A stretch of DNA of 64,000 nucleotides, taken from the IMG/VR virus record IMGVR_UViG_3300047323_000304, positions 129,898 through 193,897 of that record; one strand, given 5' to 3'. The first letter of the stretch is position 1; each line of letters begins with the position of its first letter. Positions 60,940 to 64,000 of the stretch are shown in pieces. The stretch comes from a virus. The notes beneath the pieces are model-generated. The model worked only from the letters and a program-made list of their open reading frames with translations, searched no databases and had not been told where the DNA came from. Position numbers and translations under genes: made by a program.

Positions 60940-62475
60940 TTAAGACAAAAGAAATTTAAAAAGATATTTTTAGAAAACTTAATCACATATGGCTCTAGTT
61001 CCAACAAAGGAAAAATTAATTGGCGAGAAAATATTGGAAAATCAATACATTTTATTTATGATAATATTGAAGATGATTTGATTTTAATAGAAGTAATCAC
61101 TACTCCAACAAAGAAAACAAATTTAATTTTTTCTTATAATAATAAAATTTTAAATCCAATTGCTACAGGAAATTTTATAAGATGTCAACTTGGTAATATA
61201 CTAGAAGTGTTTACGCCAGAATTCAAATATGAAATAGGACAAAGGATAATTGATTATAATGAGAATGGCACTATTAAAAGAGATTTTATAATTACAGATT
61301 GTACAAAAATAAAAGCTCAAAATGATCAATGGTTAAAATATTATAAATATAAATGCAATTTATGTGGATTTGATTGTGGAGAATATTATTCATCTAAAAA
61401 TGAACAATATTATGATGAATATTGGGTTTTAGAAAGTGGAATAAAGAAAAATAGTTGTTCTTGTTGTTGTGAAAGTTCTAATATAGTAGTGGAAAATATA
61501 AATTCAATTATAACTACAGCTCCTTGGTTAATACCCTATTTCCCTAATGGCTATACTGACGCTAAAAAGTATACTAAAACTAGTAACAAAAGTATAATTC
61601 CTATTTGCCCAGATTGTGAATGTAAAAAATCTAAAAAAACAATTATCGGAAGTATTTATAGATGTAATTCTATCGCTTGTACATGTTCAGATGGTGTGAG
61701 TTATCCAAATAAGTTCGCTTTTAAAATGCTTAAAGAATTAAATATTGATTTCATTAATGAGTATTCTCCAGATTGGATAAAACCTAAAGCATATGATTTT
61801 TATATTCCTTCATTAAATGTGATAATAGAAATGGATGGAGCACTCGGACATGGAAATAAAGTACATAATAAAGATACAAAAACTATTGAAGAGTCAAAAG
61901 CAATAGATAACTATAAAGATGAACAGGCACAACTACATGGAATTGAAGTAATTAGAATAGATTCTAAGGTTTCTGAATTAGATTATATAAAGAAAAATAT
62001 ATTATTAAAATTAAGTAAATTGTTTAATTTTACTAATATTGATTGGTTAGAATTAGAAAAGTATTCACTATCTAATTTAGTTAAAATCGCTTGCAAATAT
62101 AAACAAGACAATCTTAATATAACTAGCACTAAAATAGGTGAAATAATGGGATATAGTGATATGTCAATTCGTAGATGGCTAAAAAGAGGAACAGAAGTTG
62201 GTTGGTGTGAGTATGATGCTACTTTAGAGAAAAGTAAATCTATAACAAACAATAAAAAATTAAATAGTATGCCTTTGATTTGTTTAAATACTTTAGATAT
62301 ATTTGAATCAACTAGAGATTGTGAAAGACGTTGTGAAAAAATTTTAGGAGTTAAATTTTATGCAAGTTCAATAGGAGAATCATGTAGAAAGAATGGAAAA
62401 CCTTCTAAAGGATTTAGTTTTAAATATATTTCAGATTTAACAGATGAAGAAAAACAAAAATATAATATTGCATAA
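60937..62475 (+). CDS. Zn-ribbon / PD-(D/E)xK (DUF559-like) endonuclease, paralog of the 55254 gene
   Basis: CNLCGFDCG, CSCC, ICPDC, CTCSDG.SYPNKF, IIEMDGALGH..GIEVIRI. Confidence 0.75.
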   Translation: MLRQKKFKKIFLENLITYGSSSNKGKINWRENIGKSIHFIYDNIEDDLILIEVITTPTKKTNLIFSYNNKILNPIATGNFIRCQLGNILEVFTPEFKYEIGQRIIDYNENGTIKRDFIITDCTKIKAQNDQWLKYYKYKCNLCGFDCGEYYSSKNEQYYDEYWVLESGIKKNSCSCCCESSNIVVENINSIITTAPWLIPYFPNGYTDAKKYTKTSNKSIIPICPDCECKKSKKTIIGSIYRCNSIACTCSDGVSYPNKFAFKMLKELNIDFINEYSPDWIKPKAYDFYIPSLNVIIEMDGALGHGNKVHNKDTKTIEESKAIDNYKDEQAQLHGIEVIRIDSKVSELDYIKKNILLKLSKLFNFTNIDWLELEKYSLSNLVKIACKYKQDNLNITSTKIGEIMGYSDMSIRRWLKRGTEVGWCEYDATLEKSKSITNNKKLNSMPLICLNTLDIFESTRDCERRCEKILGVKFYASSIGESCRKNGKPSKGFSFKYISDLTDEEKQKYNIA

Positions 62476-62579
62476 ATCAATAAGCCTAGAATTTAATCTA
62501 GGCTTATTGATTTTTTGATTAAAAACGCATAAAAATAGCACCTACTCAATTTAAGTAAGTGCTTGGACTAGATATTATT

Positions 62580-63656
62580 TTAATCCCAAAAACTATCGTC
62601 TTCAAACATATCATTAAGTTCATTGCTTGAAACCTTAGATGAAGTATTTTCAGTATTATTGCTATTTGTATTTTTCTTATCTGTTCTGATTTTTAAATCA
62701 TCATAATCTTCATTAATCTTATTTTTCTTTCTAGACTCTAAATCGTTTTTAGCTTCTTGTATAAGTTCTATTGCTTCTTTTGGCATACTGCAATTACCAA
62801 ATACAAGTACACTATTTCCATTTTTATTTTCATTGATCTTTTCAAAGTCATAACCTTTATAGTTTTTATTAACATCATCCTTAGTAAAAGTCTCAGTATT
62901 TATAGTTCCTACTAATACATCACAATTTAACTTTTCTGGAATATAGAACATACTCTTCCCTATAGCTACATCTACTGCCTTTTTAAAGTCTTTAATATCG
63001 TTATCTAAATTTAAAATAACTTTATATCCTTTAGTCGTATGAACTCTCTTTGAATCAGTAGTATCTGTGTTATATTCAGATATGTTGAATCCCATATCTA
63101 ATTCTTTCATAGCTTTAATATTAATTTCTTTTTCATCAAGAGATTGATTGTTATCTATAAATTGAATTGAATCTATAATACCTTTATTTTTTAAATCTAT
63201 TAGTTCGTTCCAAAAATCAATTGCATTAGAAAAAGAAATTAATCCTTCCCCTATGTTAGGTAATGTTGCAACTATATTGATAGATTTTTCAGGACATACA
63301 TGTTTAGATTTTATTAATTTTGCTAACATTATCATTGCTTTACTACCTGTTCCGCCATCACCAGACCCAAAAAATAATATTGTACTTTGATTTGTAAATT
63401 TTTTAATCATCTCAACAAACTTAGGAGCTTCTTCTTTGATATATATTTCACATAAATCTCTATTTTTCCCACACCCATCAGCGTTAGGAATATAAAAACA
63501 ACGCCTTTCTCGGTTAAAATGGTCAAGTGTTTCCATTTCAGATAGATTTGTATTCATAAAAATCCCAGTATATCGTTTATCTAATCCTAAAAATACAGAC
63601 AATTGTGCGTTTCCACAACCACCACAACCAATAGCTAAAATATCACTTTTTTTCAT
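62580..63656 (-). CDS. tubZ: TubZ tubulin/FtsZ-family partition GTPase
   Basis: AIGCGGCGN, NTN..E, DGCGKNR, DGGTGS signature; acidic tail; lies downstream of a small wHTH gene. Confidence 0.85.
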   Translation of the reverse strand: MKKSDILAIGCGGCGNAQLSVFLGLDKRYTGIFMNTNLSEMETLDHFNRERRCFYIPNADGCGKNRDLCEIYIKEEAPKFVEMIKKFTNQSTILFFGSGDGGTGSKAMIMLAKLIKSKHVCPEKSINIVATLPNIGEGLISFSNAIDFWNELIDLKNKGIIDSIQFIDNNQSLDEKEINIKAMKELDMGFNISEYNTDTTDSKRVHTTKGYKVILNLDNDIKDFKKAVDVAIGKSMFYIPEKLNCDVLVGTINTETFTKDDVNKNYKGYDFEKINENKNGNSVLVFGNCSMPKEAIELIQEAKNDLESRKKNKINEDYDDLKIRTDKKNTNSNNTENTSSKVSSNELNDMFEDDSFWD

Positions 63657-63661
63657 GATTA

Positions 63662-63961
63662 TTACACCTCACCAAATATATTTTTTCTAATATTATTCAA
63701 TTCTCTAAATCCTTGCTCTGTTAATATATAAGTCTTTTCTTTTCCATTTTTTAAACCTTCAGTTATAAAGCCTTCTTTTATAAATTTATCTCTAGTTTCC
63801 CTTATTTTTTTATCAGATAGAGTAGTTTTAGTAATTAATTCTTTAATTGTAGTTCCATTACTCATACATAATCCTTTTTTTCTGTCATTTCTATCTATAA
63901 TTGCTTTCAGTATTTGATAATCTTTAGTAGTAAACATGGATATATTACACCTCACTCCCAA
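63662..63961 (-). CDS. tubR: TubR-like winged-helix centromere-binding protein
   Basis: T.KDYQILKAI..TTIKELITKT.LS..KIR..F...GFI.EG..GK.KTY.LT..G. Confidence 0.7.
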   Translation of the reverse strand: MGVRCNISMFTTKDYQILKAIIDRNDRKKGLCMSNGTTIKELITKTTLSDKKIRETRDKFIKEGFITEGLKNGKEKTYILTEQGFRELNNIRKNIFGEV

Positions 63962-64000
63962 CTTTTTCTAATAAATTAATATTAGTATATCATATAAATA

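Noticed and set aside
725-62252. Many 60-127 aa track ORFs antisense to longer genes (for example 725, 2008, 4297, 16389, 28641, 36653, 55513, 61983)
   Set aside because: They are shadow ORFs of AT-rich coding strands, with no RBS and low-information F/L/I/S composition.
1-64000. CRISPR arrays, tRNAs, rRNAs, c-di-GMP riboswitches
   Set aside because: No regularly spaced repeats, cloverleafs or consensus riboswitch cores were recognised by eye.

Overview
This is a very AT-rich 64-kb segment of a large temperate clostridial phage or phage-plasmid with SPbeta-like and c-st-like gene content. No virion structural genes, tRNAs or CRISPR arrays were seen. From about 0 to 45 kb there is a mostly minus-strand array of small early or host-takeover ORFs behind strong sigma-A promoters. 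This array includes RNase H, ParB-fold proteins, antirepressors, an MBL hydrolase, an SF2 helicase, TnpB, a Rep-like initiator and several mobile endonucleases. At 12-21 kb lies a lysogeny-control region: YopQ-like and YopR/MrpR-like genes, two XRE regulators, a Xer-type recombinase, and an apparent operon of an orphan MazF-family toxin, a helical RRNPP-like protein and an unannotated 30-aa secreted peptide (C-terminus AGTSTRG). That operon is the best candidate for a new system: an arbitrium-like peptide circuit wired to a phage-encoded MazF. The right part holds a strand-skewed non-coding region, a Tn554-like transposon with PhzF cargo, an FtsK/relaxase/SpoIIIAC-like module bracketed by two endonuclease genes that share an identical 129-bp leader, and TubZ/TubR. 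Non-coding highlights are a candidate ~550-nt structured RNA (3.2-3.76 kb), an 18-bp promoter-associated repeat, an SOS-box antisense promoter, and type I toxin-like peptides. All family calls come from motif recognition by eye; no database searches were run.
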